Shown: piece by piece, positions 17,726 to 27,400 of the stretch
Position numbering within the stretch: position 1 is the first letter of the stretch
Layout: each line of letters starts with the position of its first letter
Source of the DNA: a virus
Taxonomy: Duplodnaviria > Caudoviricetes
DNA: 62,751 nt
Strand: one strand, 5' to 3'
IMG/VR virus record: IMGVR_UViG_3300018469_000176
Coordinates: 1-62,751 of that record
Position numbers and translations under genes: made by a program
The notes under the pieces: generated by a model
Databases searched by the model: none
Seen by the model: only the letters and a program-made list of their open reading frames with translations
What the model was told of the DNA's origin: nothing

Positions 17726-19627
17726 ATGTCCAAACGGCGCCACGTCACCGCATCCGACCTGCCCGGGCTCGCGGGGTCCTGGGCGCTGCGGAAGCTATGG
17801 AAATGGCGCGGCGTGCTCATCCCGATCTGGCTGGCGATCAGCCTGGCCATGGTCGGGACCTTGGTCAACGCGCTGTGGCCGACGTGGTGGCCGGCGCCGA
17901 TCTCGCTGGCCCTGCTCGCCGCCGCGGTGATCTGGTTCGTCGGCGAGCACCTGTCCGGGCCGTGGCGCAACGTGTGGCTGTGGCTGGTCCCCTCGGCCCT
18001 GGACGACGGACGCCGTGGGGTGCTCGACCGACCCACCGAGCGGGCCTACCTCGCGGTGCTGCTGACCCTGTGTGGGGCCTGGACATCCCGGCTGGTGCAG
18101 GACGGCTGGTCGGACCCGCTGTGGTACGCCCTGCTCGCCGGGGTGCTGGTGCTCGGGGCGCCGTGGTGGTGGCACCGACGCCTGCGCCGCTCGGTCAACC
18201 GGTTCGTCCGCCGCTGGCCGGCTATCGCCGAGCGGATCAAGGGGTTCGAGAAGTCCACGGTGCGGCTGCTCCCCGAACAGTCCACCCGCAAGGTCACGGT
18301 CCTGTCGGTCAAGCTCGCGCCGACCAAGACCATCGAGGACGTGGGCACCACACTGCTGCCGCTGGCATCGGGCTTCGGCCTCCGCGGCGGCGCCTGCACG
18401 CTGGCCAAGGACGAGAACTCGGCCCGGCACGTGACGCTGCGGATCGTCCCGCGCAACCCCTGGTCCAAGCGGATCGCGCACCCGTGCCCGCCGATCGGCA
18501 GCCTGGACCTCACCCAGGACGAGCTCACCGTGGGCACCGGGGTGCTCGACGACGCCACCGAGCAGCGGATGGCGCTGTTGCACTGCACCGGGGTCATCGG
18601 CCAGCGCGGGAGTGGCAAGTCCGGGATGATCGAGTCCCTGCTGATGTGGATCACCGCGGCGGAGCCCAGGCACTACGCGCTGCTGGGCATCGACATGGCC
18701 CACCTCGCCACCCTCGGCGTGTGGCAGCCCGCGTTCGCCTACCCCATCGCCGGCACGATCGACGCCGCGCGCAAGCTGCTGCAGGGTCTGTTCGCGCTCG
18801 GTGAGTACCGGGAGGAGGAGCTGGCCCGGCGCAAGATGGCGGACCCGAACTACGGCAACGTCCTGCGGATCGGCGCGGAGTTCCCGGTGGTGTTCGTGCC
18901 CATCGACGAGCTGCCGGCGCTGGTCGTGCAGGGCGGCTCGTCGGTCATCACGGCGCTCGGGCAGATCGCGCAGCGCTTCCGCAAGGTCAACATCTTCTTG
19001 ATCCCGGCCGGGCAGAACCCGACCGAGCACGACTTCGGATCCACCGAGTTCCGCGCGCAGTTGGAGAACATCATCGGGCTGTTCCTCGACGCGCGCCAGT
19101 CCCAGACGCTGTGGGGGGAGGAGCGCAAGCACGGGTGGGCGAGCAACCACCTGGCCCCGTTCACCCACCTGCTGCACTCCCGGGTCGGGCACACCACCCC
19201 GCGAGTGGCCCAGGGCTACTACGTGTCCCCGCGCATGCGCGCCCGGCGCCTCGGTGAGCTCGCCCACCTCGGCGACCGCGGGATGCTCGACACCGGCTCC
19301 ATGACCGCACTGGTCGGGCACACCAACCCGGGCATCGACGACGGCAAGTCCGGCACCACGGTCGCTCCGCAAGCACCCCCCGTGCTGCACGCTGTGCCTG
19401 CGCTGCCGGCCCGCCCGGCGTCGTCGGCGGAGTTGGACGACAAGGTGCTGCGCGAGCTCCCAGCGCGCCACCAGGGCTCCGTAGGGGCCACCGCACTGGC
19501 CACCCAGCTCGGGGTCAGCCGCGACGCCGTCACCCGCTCGCTGGGCCGACTGCGCGTTCAGGGTCGGGTGGTCAAGGTCGACCGGGAGTGGGCGCTGGCT
19601 CCCACTCAGCGAGTGGACAGCCCATGA
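17726..19627 (+). CDS. traB: FtsK/SpoIIIE-family TraB-like DNA translocase
   Basis: Four N-terminal TMs, Walker A GQRGSGKS, Walker B FVPIDE, RFRKVNI arginine-finger region, AGQNP, C-terminal winged HTH. Confidence 0.8.
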   Translation: MSKRRHVTASDLPGLAGSWALRKLWKWRGVLIPIWLAISLAMVGTLVNALWPTWWPAPISLALLAAAVIWFVGEHLSGPWRNVWLWLVPSALDDGRRGVLDRPTERAYLAVLLTLCGAWTSRLVQDGWSDPLWYALLAGVLVLGAPWWWHRRLRRSVNRFVRRWPAIAERIKGFEKSTVRLLPEQSTRKVTVLSVKLAPTKTIEDVGTTLLPLASGFGLRGGACTLAKDENSARHVTLRIVPRNPWSKRIAHPCPPIGSLDLTQDELTVGTGVLDDATEQRMALLHCTGVIGQRGSGKSGMIESLLMWITAAEPRHYALLGIDMAHLATLGVWQPAFAYPIAGTIDAARKLLQGLFALGEYREEELARRKMADPNYGNVLRIGAEFPVVFVPIDELPALVVQGGSSVITALGQIAQRFRKVNIFLIPAGQNPTEHDFGSTEFRAQLENIIGLFLDARQSQTLWGEERKHGWASNHLAPFTHLLHSRVGHTTPRVAQGYYVSPRMRARRLGELAHLGDRGMLDTGSMTALVGHTNPGIDDGKSGTTVAPQAPPVLHAVPALPARPASSAELDDKVLRELPARHQGSVGATALATQLGVSRDAVTRSLGRLRVQGRVVKVDREWALAPTQRVDSP

Positions 19628-19887
19628 GCGGCGACCCGGTGGGAACCTGGGTGGTGCTCGGGCTAATCTGGCTCGCGCTGTACGTGGCTGTGTGTGCGTG
19701 GTTTCCCTATCGCAAGTGCCGTGCCCCGCGGTGCGAGCGAGGCCGGAAATACTCGCCGTTCAGTGGGCGCGACACCAAGGACCGACCCTTCCGACCCTGC
19801 GGGCGGTGTGGAGGATCGGGTCTACGGGTGCGGTTAGGCCGCCGCGTCTACGAGGTACTCAGTGCCGCCCGCGAGGAGGATGACTAA
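19624..19887 (+). CDS. Membrane-anchored DnaJ-type Zn-finger protein of AICE transfer clusters
   Basis: TM, then WFPYRKC...C and CGRCGGSG; ATGA overlap with traB. Confidence 0.7.
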   Translation: MSGDPVGTWVVLGLIWLALYVAVCAWFPYRKCRAPRCERGRKYSPFSGRDTKDRPFRPCGRCGGSGLRVRLGRRVYEVLSAAREEDD

Positions 19888-19948
19888 CCCCCCGGGACCC
19901 CGATTTCCCCATGCCCTTTTCCCCGAACAGGAATGAGCTCCCCTCACC

Positions 19949-20380
19949 ATGGCACCCGTCTCGCCCCAGACCCCGGCTACCTTGACTCGTGACCATTTGT
20001 TGTGCGAACTCGTTGAACGGGTCATGAGCCCCGCGCGCATCCGGCCCCGCCTCTACGGTGATCTCAGCAGTAAGCGGGCGCTGGCGGTCGCGTTCCAGAC
20101 CCTGCAGCAGCTGTGCCACGAGGCTCAGGTCAGCGAGGTCGACCTGGATCTCATCGAGGTCACCGACGCCACCCCGGCGCTGTTCACCATGCTCCGGCGG
20201 CTCGATGTCGAGCTGCAGCGCTCCGGTGGCCGACTGCGCATTCGCGGGGTGAGCGACGCGGTGCTCATCGCCATGGACGACCCGGCGCTGTCGCTGGCCG
20301 ACGCCGTGATGATGTACCGCTGCGCGCACGAGGTCTACGTCGTAGTGGACCCCCCTCCGGACGACGTTATCGCAGGTTGA
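19949..20380 (+). CDS. STAS-like (anti-anti-sigma) protein
   Basis: RLYGDLS, VDLDLIEVT, GGRLRIRGVS. Confidence 0.55.
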   Translation: MAPVSPQTPATLTRDHLLCELVERVMSPARIRPRLYGDLSSKRALAVAFQTLQQLCHEAQVSEVDLDLIEVTDATPALFTMLRRLDVELQRSGGRLRIRGVSDAVLIAMDDPALSLADAVMMYRCAHEVYVVVDPPPDDVIAG

Positions 20381-20391
20381 ACCATACGGTA

Positions 20392-20419
20392 TTGCATGAT
20401 ATCGTGCGGTCGTTACACT
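20392..20419 (+). promoter_or_regulatory. Sigma70-type promoter with palindrome
   Basis: TTGCAT-16 nt-TACACT; imperfect palindrome GCATGATATCGTGC over -35 and spacer. Confidence 0.5.
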
Positions 20420-20455
20420 ACCCGTCAGCGCCACCCACCCGCTAAGGACACCGCC

Positions 20456-20827
20456 ATGTCCCTCTCGATCGACGCCGTGCGTCTGCACCGCGTTTCCACT
20501 CACCGCACCCGCGTGTTCCGCCGCGACAACGGCAAGATCCTCGGCTATCTCGATCTGATGGAGGAGCCCAAGCACGTCGGCCGAGCACGCCAGCGCCACT
20601 ACCTCGCCACTCCCGCGCACTGGGCCTTCCTCGGCACCCAATCCGATGACGGCATGCCGGGCGACCAGGTGCCGCGTCGGCTCCTGCTTCCGGTACCTGG
20701 TATTCATTCATCGCACGCCGATGCCATCTACGCGCTGTTGCGCCATCTCGACGCGCAGCGTGCGCCCGGCGTGGGGCACCCGCCTCACCCGGATGTCGTC
20801 ACTCTCGCTCCCAAGGAGACTGTGTGA
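20456..20827 (+). CDS. Hypothetical protein
   Basis: AAGGA RBS, 123 aa. Confidence 0.65.
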   Translation: MSLSIDAVRLHRVSTHRTRVFRRDNGKILGYLDLMEEPKHVGRARQRHYLATPAHWAFLGTQSDDGMPGDQVPRRLLLPVPGIHSSHADAIYALLRHLDAQRAPGVGHPPHPDVVTLAPKETV

Positions 20828-21234
20828 GCCTCACTACGCTCGCTCCACCCCCGCCGACTGTCCGACCCACCTCGGTGTTCGGGCCACAGCTACCCACCAT
20901 CACCGACTACAAAGCCGCTGCCCAACGTGGTGCGTCCCTGCTCGACCAGCACCGCCCGGACTGGGCCCGCTCGATCCACCTGCAGAACCTCAGCCTTGGC
21001 GACCCCAACTACTGCGTGCTCGGGCAACTGTTCTTCACCTACGGCCTCGGGCTGACCACGCTGTTCGGGCCGAACATCGTGGAGAGTCACCGCGGGACTG
21101 ACCTACCCACCTGGTACGGCTTCGACAGCGCCATGGAGCACAACTTCGAGCTGGACCGCGGCGTCTTACCCGGGTTCCGTGCCCTCACCGACATGTGGGC
21201 GATCGAGGTCGCCGTCCGCAGGATGGGTGTCTGA
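20824..21234 (+). CDS. Hypothetical phage protein
   Basis: AAGGAG RBS; GASLLD..RPDW...CVLGQL. Confidence 0.7.
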   Translation: MSLTTLAPPPPTVRPTSVFGPQLPTITDYKAAAQRGASLLDQHRPDWARSIHLQNLSLGDPNYCVLGQLFFTYGLGLTTLFGPNIVESHRGTDLPTWYGFDSAMEHNFELDRGVLPGFRALTDMWAIEVAVRRMGV

Positions 21235-21734
21235 TGACCGAGAAGAAATCCGTGCGGCTGGTCGAGCCCGGAGTGGCCCTGCCGTCGATCCAGGGCGAGC
21301 AACTGATCGCCTCCGGGCACGCCATCTGGGCCGACCAGGCCGAGGTCGACGCCTACGTGGCCCAGGCCTCGGATGAGGTACTCGCGTGCCGATCCCGCGG
21401 CCGGCACACCTACGAGATGCTGAGCAAGACCGAGCGCATGCGGTTCGAGGGGGTCACCCCCGAGGGATTCCTCGTCCGCCGGATCCTCTGCGGCGTCTGC
21501 GAGAAGGTCTTTCGAGTCGAGGAGTGGGACGTCCGGCACCGACGGGATGTGGTCACGGCCATGTTCCTGGTGCGGGCCTACCCGAAGTACAAGAAGGGCT
21601 ACCTGGGCAAGTCCGGTCAGGGCAGGATGCGGCCCCGGGCGATTCAGAGCGCAGCGGGCACCACGGCGATGCGCGGTGTCAGCTTCCGCCAACTGCGCCG
21701 GGAAGCCGTCGAGAACGCCAAGGCGTCGGCGTAG
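21234..21734 (+). CDS. Zn-binding hypothetical protein
   Basis: CRSRGRH...CGVC; TGATG overlap. Confidence 0.65.
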   Translation: MTEKKSVRLVEPGVALPSIQGEQLIASGHAIWADQAEVDAYVAQASDEVLACRSRGRHTYEMLSKTERMRFEGVTPEGFLVRRILCGVCEKVFRVEEWDVRHRRDVVTAMFLVRAYPKYKKGYLGKSGQGRMRPRAIQSAAGTTAMRGVSFRQLRREAVENAKASA

Positions 21735-21736
21735 CC

Positions 21737-22096
21737 ATGGCCCGGCGGCTGACCATCATCTGCGACCTGGACGAGCGGGAACCGGCGTCCGAGCACGCGT
21801 TCGGCCTCGACGACTCCGGCTGGAAGATGGACCTGTGTGACGAGTGCGCGGCCGAGCTACGCGAGGCCATGGACCAGTGGATCAAGCTGGCCACGCGCAC
21901 GAGAGGTCCCAAGCGCAGGCCCGGCGGGAACCCGGCCGAGGAGCGGGTCCGCACCGACCCCAAGGACCGCTGGGCGGTCCGGGCGTGGGCAGCCAATGAG
22001 GGTATCGAGATCCGGCAGAACGGGCAGATCCCCCGCGAGGTGTGGCAGCGCTGGCAGGACGCCGGTTCACCACGGCCCGCCAGCGACGTCGCGTGA
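21737..22096 (+). CDS. lsr2: Lsr2-like protein with altered AT-hook
   Basis: FGLD...MDLC dimerisation domain; VRAWAANEGIEIRQNGQIP DNA-binding domain. Confidence 0.85.
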   Translation: MARRLTIICDLDEREPASEHAFGLDDSGWKMDLCDECAAELREAMDQWIKLATRTRGPKRRPGGNPAEERVRTDPKDRWAVRAWAANEGIEIRQNGQIPREVWQRWQDAGSPRPASDVA

Positions 22097-22425
22097 GATC
22101 ACGGCGGGCCCGCGAGCAGGCGGTGGCCCTCTACCTCAAGGGGGACACCGCCGCCGAGATCGCGGTCCAGCTCGGCTGCAGCGCGGACACCGTGCTCCGC
22201 TGGCTACGCGACGCCGGAGTGCCGCTGCGGCGACCGGGCCGGCGCAAGCGGCGCGACGTTGACACCCAGAAGATCGTCAAGCTCCGAGAGGAGGGCCACG
22301 GCTGGTACAAGATCGGCCAGGAGGTGGGGATGTCCCACAGTGCGGTGCGGTCCCGCTACCTCCAGCATGAACAGCACGTCGAAGTCCATCGCCAGCGAGC
22401 GCACGCTAACCGAGAGGACGAATGA
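22093..22425 (+). CDS. Tandem HTH DNA-binding protein
   Basis: AAEIAVQLGCSADTVLRWL and WYKIGQEVGMSHSAVRSRY. Confidence 0.8.
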   Translation: MRSRRAREQAVALYLKGDTAAEIAVQLGCSADTVLRWLRDAGVPLRRPGRRKRRDVDTQKIVKLREEGHGWYKIGQEVGMSHSAVRSRYLQHEQHVEVHRQRAHANREDE

Positions 22426-22673
22426 TCATGACCACCACGCTGGACCAACTCAACGAGTTGACCATCCTGGACCACACCGGCGACAAGACCATCGAGTGGA
22501 ACCCGCGCGACCCGGATGAGGTCAACAAGGCCCGCCTGGAGTTCGCCAAGCAGAAGGCCAAGGGCCACCTGTCCTACCGGCTCGACGCCGACGGGAACCG
22601 GGGGGCGGTCATCCGGGAGTTCGACCCGACCGCTCGACGCATTGTGATGGCACCGCAAACCGTCGGCGGCTGA
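22422..22673 (+). CDS. Putative ubiquitin-like (beta-grasp) protein ending in Gly-Gly
   Basis: 83 aa; beta-beta-alpha-beta-beta-beta pattern; ends IVMAPQTVGG-stop. Confidence 0.55.
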   Translation: MIMTTTLDQLNELTILDHTGDKTIEWNPRDPDEVNKARLEFAKQKAKGHLSYRLDADGNRGAVIREFDPTARRIVMAPQTVGG

Positions 22674-22674
22674 C

Positions 22675-23331
22675 GTGCCGTGGGTGCGGCCCCCGACAAT
22701 CACCTGGGCCAACACCTCCACGAGCACGGCCACGGTCACGGTGAGGACGGCCAGCAACAGCACCACGACCGGTATCTACACCGTGGACGCCGGCAGTACC
22801 TGGTACTTCGAGCCGAACCCACCCCTGCACCCGGGGGACCACCTCGTGCTCACCTACGGCGAGCCGGACCCCCGGGAGAACTGGGGCTGGGAGTCGCGTC
22901 AGGTGGGCAACGACGACATCACCTGGGAGGACGCTGAGCAGGTGCGCGCCCTGTATACCGAGCGGCGGCAGGCCCGGACCGCGGCGGTCGACAGAGCCGC
23001 CGCCACCCTGCTCGGGCTGCTCAACGAGGCGCAGCGGGCCAGCTACGAGGCGGACCGCACGTTCCTGGTCGTCGGCTCGGAGGGCGGGCTGTACCGGATC
23101 CGGCCGGGGTCGATGGGCAACGTGGACTGGTTCGACCCGACCGAGGTCGAGCCCCGCCGACCCGCCGGCCAGCTCTGCGCGCACCCGGTGCTCCACGACG
23201 GCGAAGGGCACCTCCCCGACCCCGACGTGGCCCTGGCCCAGCTCCTGCACCTGACCACCGACGAGCCCGGGTGGCTCCGCCGGGCGAACGTGCACGCTGG
23301 GAGGGCTCCCCGACACCCCGTGGCGGCGTGA
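22675..23331 (+). CDS. Uncharacterised Cys/His protein coupled to the GG protein
   Basis: Starts 1 nt after GG-protein stop; FLVVGS.GGLYRI, LCAHP, LPDPDVALAQ, TTDE. Confidence 0.7.
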   Translation: MPWVRPPTITWANTSTSTATVTVRTASNSTTTGIYTVDAGSTWYFEPNPPLHPGDHLVLTYGEPDPRENWGWESRQVGNDDITWEDAEQVRALYTERRQARTAAVDRAAATLLGLLNEAQRASYEADRTFLVVGSEGGLYRIRPGSMGNVDWFDPTEVEPRRPAGQLCAHPVLHDGEGHLPDPDVALAQLLHLTTDEPGWLRRANVHAGRAPRHPVAA

Positions 23332-23546
23332 TGTTGCATCAGACCACTGCCATCTACCAGACCCGGCTGACCGCCTGGAAGCCCACGTGCACCTGCGGCT
23401 GGGTGGGTGAGCTCGTCGACGCGATGTCCACCGACCCGCTCGACAGCCCGGTGCAGGCCGCACTGGCCCAGGGGGTCGCGCACGCGATGCACGCCGAGGG
23501 GGCCATCGACTGGGACGTCCCCTATCGGTGGATGGCCGAGCGATGA
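23331..23546 (+). CDS. Small hypothetical protein
   Basis: CTCGW motif, overlapping start. Confidence 0.55.
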   Translation: MLHQTTAIYQTRLTAWKPTCTCGWVGELVDAMSTDPLDSPVQAALAQGVAHAMHAEGAIDWDVPYRWMAER

Positions 23547-23710
23547 CCAAGCTCACCCGGGCCAGCATCGCCGGCGTGTTCGCGATGGTCCTGTCGGTGG
23601 CCTGGTACGCGGTGTGCGAGGCCTTCCACTGGTCCACTTTCGCGATCTTCTCCGGCGCTATCGCGATCGGCGGCGGGGTCGGCGCTGCCATCGTGGTGGC
23701 CTGGGAATGA
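23543..23710 (+). CDS. Small membrane protein
   Basis: Two hydrophobic segments, ATGA overlap. Confidence 0.6.
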   Translation: MTKLTRASIAGVFAMVLSVAWYAVCEAFHWSTFAIFSGAIAIGGGVGAAIVVAWE

Positions 23711-23913
23711 GGACCCAGTTGAACCCCCGCTCCGACGCCGAGCGTCGATACTGGGGCCAGTTCCTCGGCTGCCCGGACTGCGGGATGGTCGCCGGCGAGC
23801 CATGCCGTGACCTGCGCCGCCCGTGGACGGACACCATCACCTCGATGCCGCACAAGAACCGGCCACGCAAGCGCCGAAGACCGAAACGGAACGGGAGGAA
23901 GCACCCGATATGA
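23707..23913 (+). CDS. Small Zn-finger protein
   Basis: CPDC...GEPC...PH..R, basic tail. Confidence 0.6.
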   Translation: MRTQLNPRSDAERRYWGQFLGCPDCGMVAGEPCRDLRRPWTDTITSMPHKNRPRKRRRPKRNGRKHPI

Positions 23914-24287
23914 CAATGATTTTCGGCAGGCTGTGGGATGCGCCGATCTGCGACGACGCGATTAAGGTGCCGACCCCGGTCCACGTGCACTGCCTGTCCT
24001 GCGCCGAGCGGATCCTCGACGGCGACCGGGGGTTCCTGCACCCGACCTACGCCGAGCGGATGGAGCCCAAGTACATCGTCGCCGGCACTGGGTCTCGGCT
24101 GCTGACTGCCGCGCACCGGGAGTGTCAGATGCTGCACGAGGTCGGGCACATCGTTGGGGTGTGTCGGTGCACCGACTGGGACACCAACTCCCGGGAGGCC
24201 GCCCTGGAGTGTCTGCGCCGCGTCGAGGCCGGCGACCTGACCCGGGCGATCCGGGAAGCCCAGGCAGCCCGGGGCGTGACCAGCTAG
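23910..24287 (+). CDS. Cys/His-rich hypothetical protein
   Basis: CLSC, HREC, H...CRC; GGAGG RBS. Confidence 0.65.
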   Translation: MTMIFGRLWDAPICDDAIKVPTPVHVHCLSCAERILDGDRGFLHPTYAERMEPKYIVAGTGSRLLTAAHRECQMLHEVGHIVGVCRCTDWDTNSREAALECLRRVEAGDLTRAIREAQAARGVTS

Positions 24288-24429
24288 AACGCAAGAATCG
24301 GCCCCGCGCCGACCGCGAGCACCGGCCTTCAAGAGGGGGCCGAGCTCAAGCGGTGGCGCGGGGCCATCTGCAACCGGTGGTGGGACATCCCGTCGGGCAC
24401 GACGGCCGCCACCGGGTAGTGGGGGAGAG

Positions 24430-27400
24430 CTAAACGAATGCCGGGGTGCCGCCCAAGGCCTGTTCAACAAGATCGGGCTGAGCGGTGCTCGGCGACAGCA
24501 CGACCGGCTGACCGGCTTGCGGACCGGGCGTTAACACTGGTCGTCCAGCGCGGGAAGTTACGACGAGCGGTACCCCCGCCCGCACACCGGGACGCACGTG
24601 CGGACGTCCTGCGGTGGGCGGCCACGCGATGCGGATGTAGCCGAACATGGTGGCGACCGCCAGCAGCACGGCCGAGTAGGCGATAGCGGTGCCGGTCAGG
24701 GTGCCGATCGCGGTGAAGATGCCGCTCACGGGGCCTACGGCGATGCCGGCGGCGAGCAACGTGGCGACGGCGCCCAGGGAGCCGACGCCGTAGATCGTGA
24801 CGCCGCCGGCAGCCGTGAGCGTGGCCAGGGCCAGTAGCGTGGCGGCGCTCGGCGAGATGCGCTGACCCGTGGAGGTCAACGTTGCGGCGGCGAGCAGCAT
24901 GGTGGTGGTCAGCCCGGCCACGCCACCAGCGGCCGACAGGGTGAGCACGGCCAGCAACTGGGCGGTACCGGACTTGGTTACCAGACCGACCGGTGACAGC
25001 GTGGCGACGACCGTCAGCGAAACGGCACCCAACTCGGTGACGACCCCGGCGCCGTTCAGCGTGCCGACGACGGCCAGCGAGACCGCCCCGAGGTAGCCGG
25101 CGGTGGCCGCCGAGGACAGCGTGGCCACCACGACCAGGCTGGTGGGTCCCGTCACCCCACCGACCCCGCCGGAGGCGCTCAGCGTGGCAACCACGGTCAG
25201 CGCGGCCGTGCCCAGCTTGGCGAGGACCCCGACGCTCGTGAGGGTGGCGACCACGGCCAGGTTGGCGGTGCCGAACCGGGTCTGCAGGCCCGTCGAGGTC
25301 AGCGTGGCGAGCGCGGTCAGGTTGACGGCGCCGAGCTGGGTGCGCAGGCCGGCGGAGGACAGCGTGGCCACCGCGGCCAGGCTGACCGCCCCCAGCACAG
25401 CCACGGTGCCGGAGGCGGTCAACACGGCCACTGCGCCCAGCGTGGTGCCACCGAGGACGGTCACCAGGCCGGTGGTGGTCAGGGAGCCGAGCGCAACGAA
25501 CGCGACCGTGGTCTGCCCGGCGATGCCGCCCGCCGCGGACAGGGTTGCGACGACGCCCAGGGTGGTGGCGCCGTGCTTTGTCACAGTCCCGGCGGAGGCA
25601 AACGTACATATCACGGCGAGGGTGGTCGCACCGAGCTCGGTGACGATCCCAGCACTGGACAGGGTGGCGACGACGGCCAGCCCGGCTGCGGCCACGCTCG
25701 TGACAGCCCCTGAGCCGCTCAGGGTGGCCACGGCGGCGAGGTTCGCGGCGCCGAGCTTGCCCAGGACGCCGGAGGCGCTCAGCGTGGCGATGGCGGCCAG
25801 CGCGGTGGCCCCGAAGTAGCCGCCGGTACCCGCGCTCGTGAGGGTGGCCACCACGGTCAGGTTCGCGGTGCCCAGCTTGGTGACCAGACCGGCCGAGGTG
25901 AGGGTGGCGACCACGGACAGGGTGGTGGCGCCGAGTTGGGTGACCACGCCGGCGGACGTGAGCGAACCGACCGCCGCCAGCGTGGTCGTGCCGAGCACGA
26001 TGACGCTGCCTGCGGAGCTCACGGTGGCGATCATCGACAGGGCCGTAGCGGCCACCGCTGTCATCGAGCCGGCGGAGGTGAGGGTACCGACGGCAGTGAG
26101 GTTCGCAACCCCCAGCTTGACGATCACACCGGTGGTGCTCAGGGTGCCGATCACGGCCAGGTTCGCGGTGCCGAACCGGGTCTGCAGGCCGGCGCTGGTG
26201 AGGGTGGCGACGGCGGCCAGGGCGCTCTCGGCACCGGGCAGCGTGACCAGGCCTGCGCTGGTCATCGTGGCGACGACGGGCAGGGTGGTGGCGCCGAGTT
26301 GGGTGACCACGCCGGCGGAAGTAAGCGAACCGACCGCCGCCAGCGTGGTCGTGCCGAGAACGGTGACGGCGCCCCCGATAGTCAGCGAACCGACCACCGA
26401 CAGGGCCGTTGCGGCCACCGCAGTCACCGAACCGGCGGCGCCGAGAGTACCGATGGCAGCGAGGTTCGCAACCCCCAACTTGGTGATCAGTCCGGCCGAG
26501 GTGAGGGTGGCCACGGCGGGCAGGTTCGCGGCGCCCAGCTCGGTCACCAGACCCGCGCTGGTGAGGGACGCGACCACGGTCAGGTTCGCGGCGCCGGCAT
26601 GGATCACGGTGGTCGAGCCGGCGGAGGTCATCGTGGCCACCGCGGCCAGGTTCGCGGTGCCCAGCTTGGTCACCAGGCCGGCGGAGGTCAGGGTGGCGAC
26701 GGCCTGCAGGGTGGTGGCGCCGAAGTAGCCGCCGGTTCCCGCGCTCGTCAGGGTGGCCACGGCCGGCAGGTTCGCGGTGCCGAGCTTGGTCACCAGACCG
26801 GCGGAGGTCAGGGTGGCCACGGCGGGTAGGTTCGCCGCGCCGGGCTGACTCACCGCACCCGCGCTGGTCAGGGTGGCCACCGCGCCCAAGGTTGCCGCTG
26901 CCGGCTGGGCTTTGACGCCCGCTGAGGTCATGGTCGCGACGGCACCCAGGGTGGTCGCGCCCGGCTGGGTGACCGCACCCGCCGAGGTCATCGTGGCGAC
27001 CGCGGACAGGGTCGCCGCCGCCGGCATGAACACCGGGTCGGCGGCGGCGGTCAGCGTGGCGGTGGCCGACAGCGTGGACGCACCGGGGTGCGTCAGCGGA
27101 CCACTCGGAGTGTATCTGATGGCCAGGCCGACAAAGTCAAGGTTTGCCGTTGCCGATTGCGCGCCATTCTTAAAGGCATCGTATTGAACATGCAAAGTAG
27201 CCAGTTGTGCATACGTCGGGCACTGTGCCCCAGTTAAGGGGAGCGTCTCAGTATAGGTAGTTACCGTGGAAAGCGTAGGTACGTTGATGCCACCGATTCG
27301 CTCTGCTTGAGAAGGACCAGTAGCGAGGTTGACCCTTGTGCTGTACCACCGTGCGACGTTAGAAACCCACGTCCCGACCGTCATGTCCACCTGAGTGACG

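Noticed and set aside
22422-22673. Pup or ordinary ThiS/MoaD sulfur carrier
   Set aside because: No terminal Q/E or Pup-like disorder; no thiamine, molybdopterin or cysteine synthesis genes nearby
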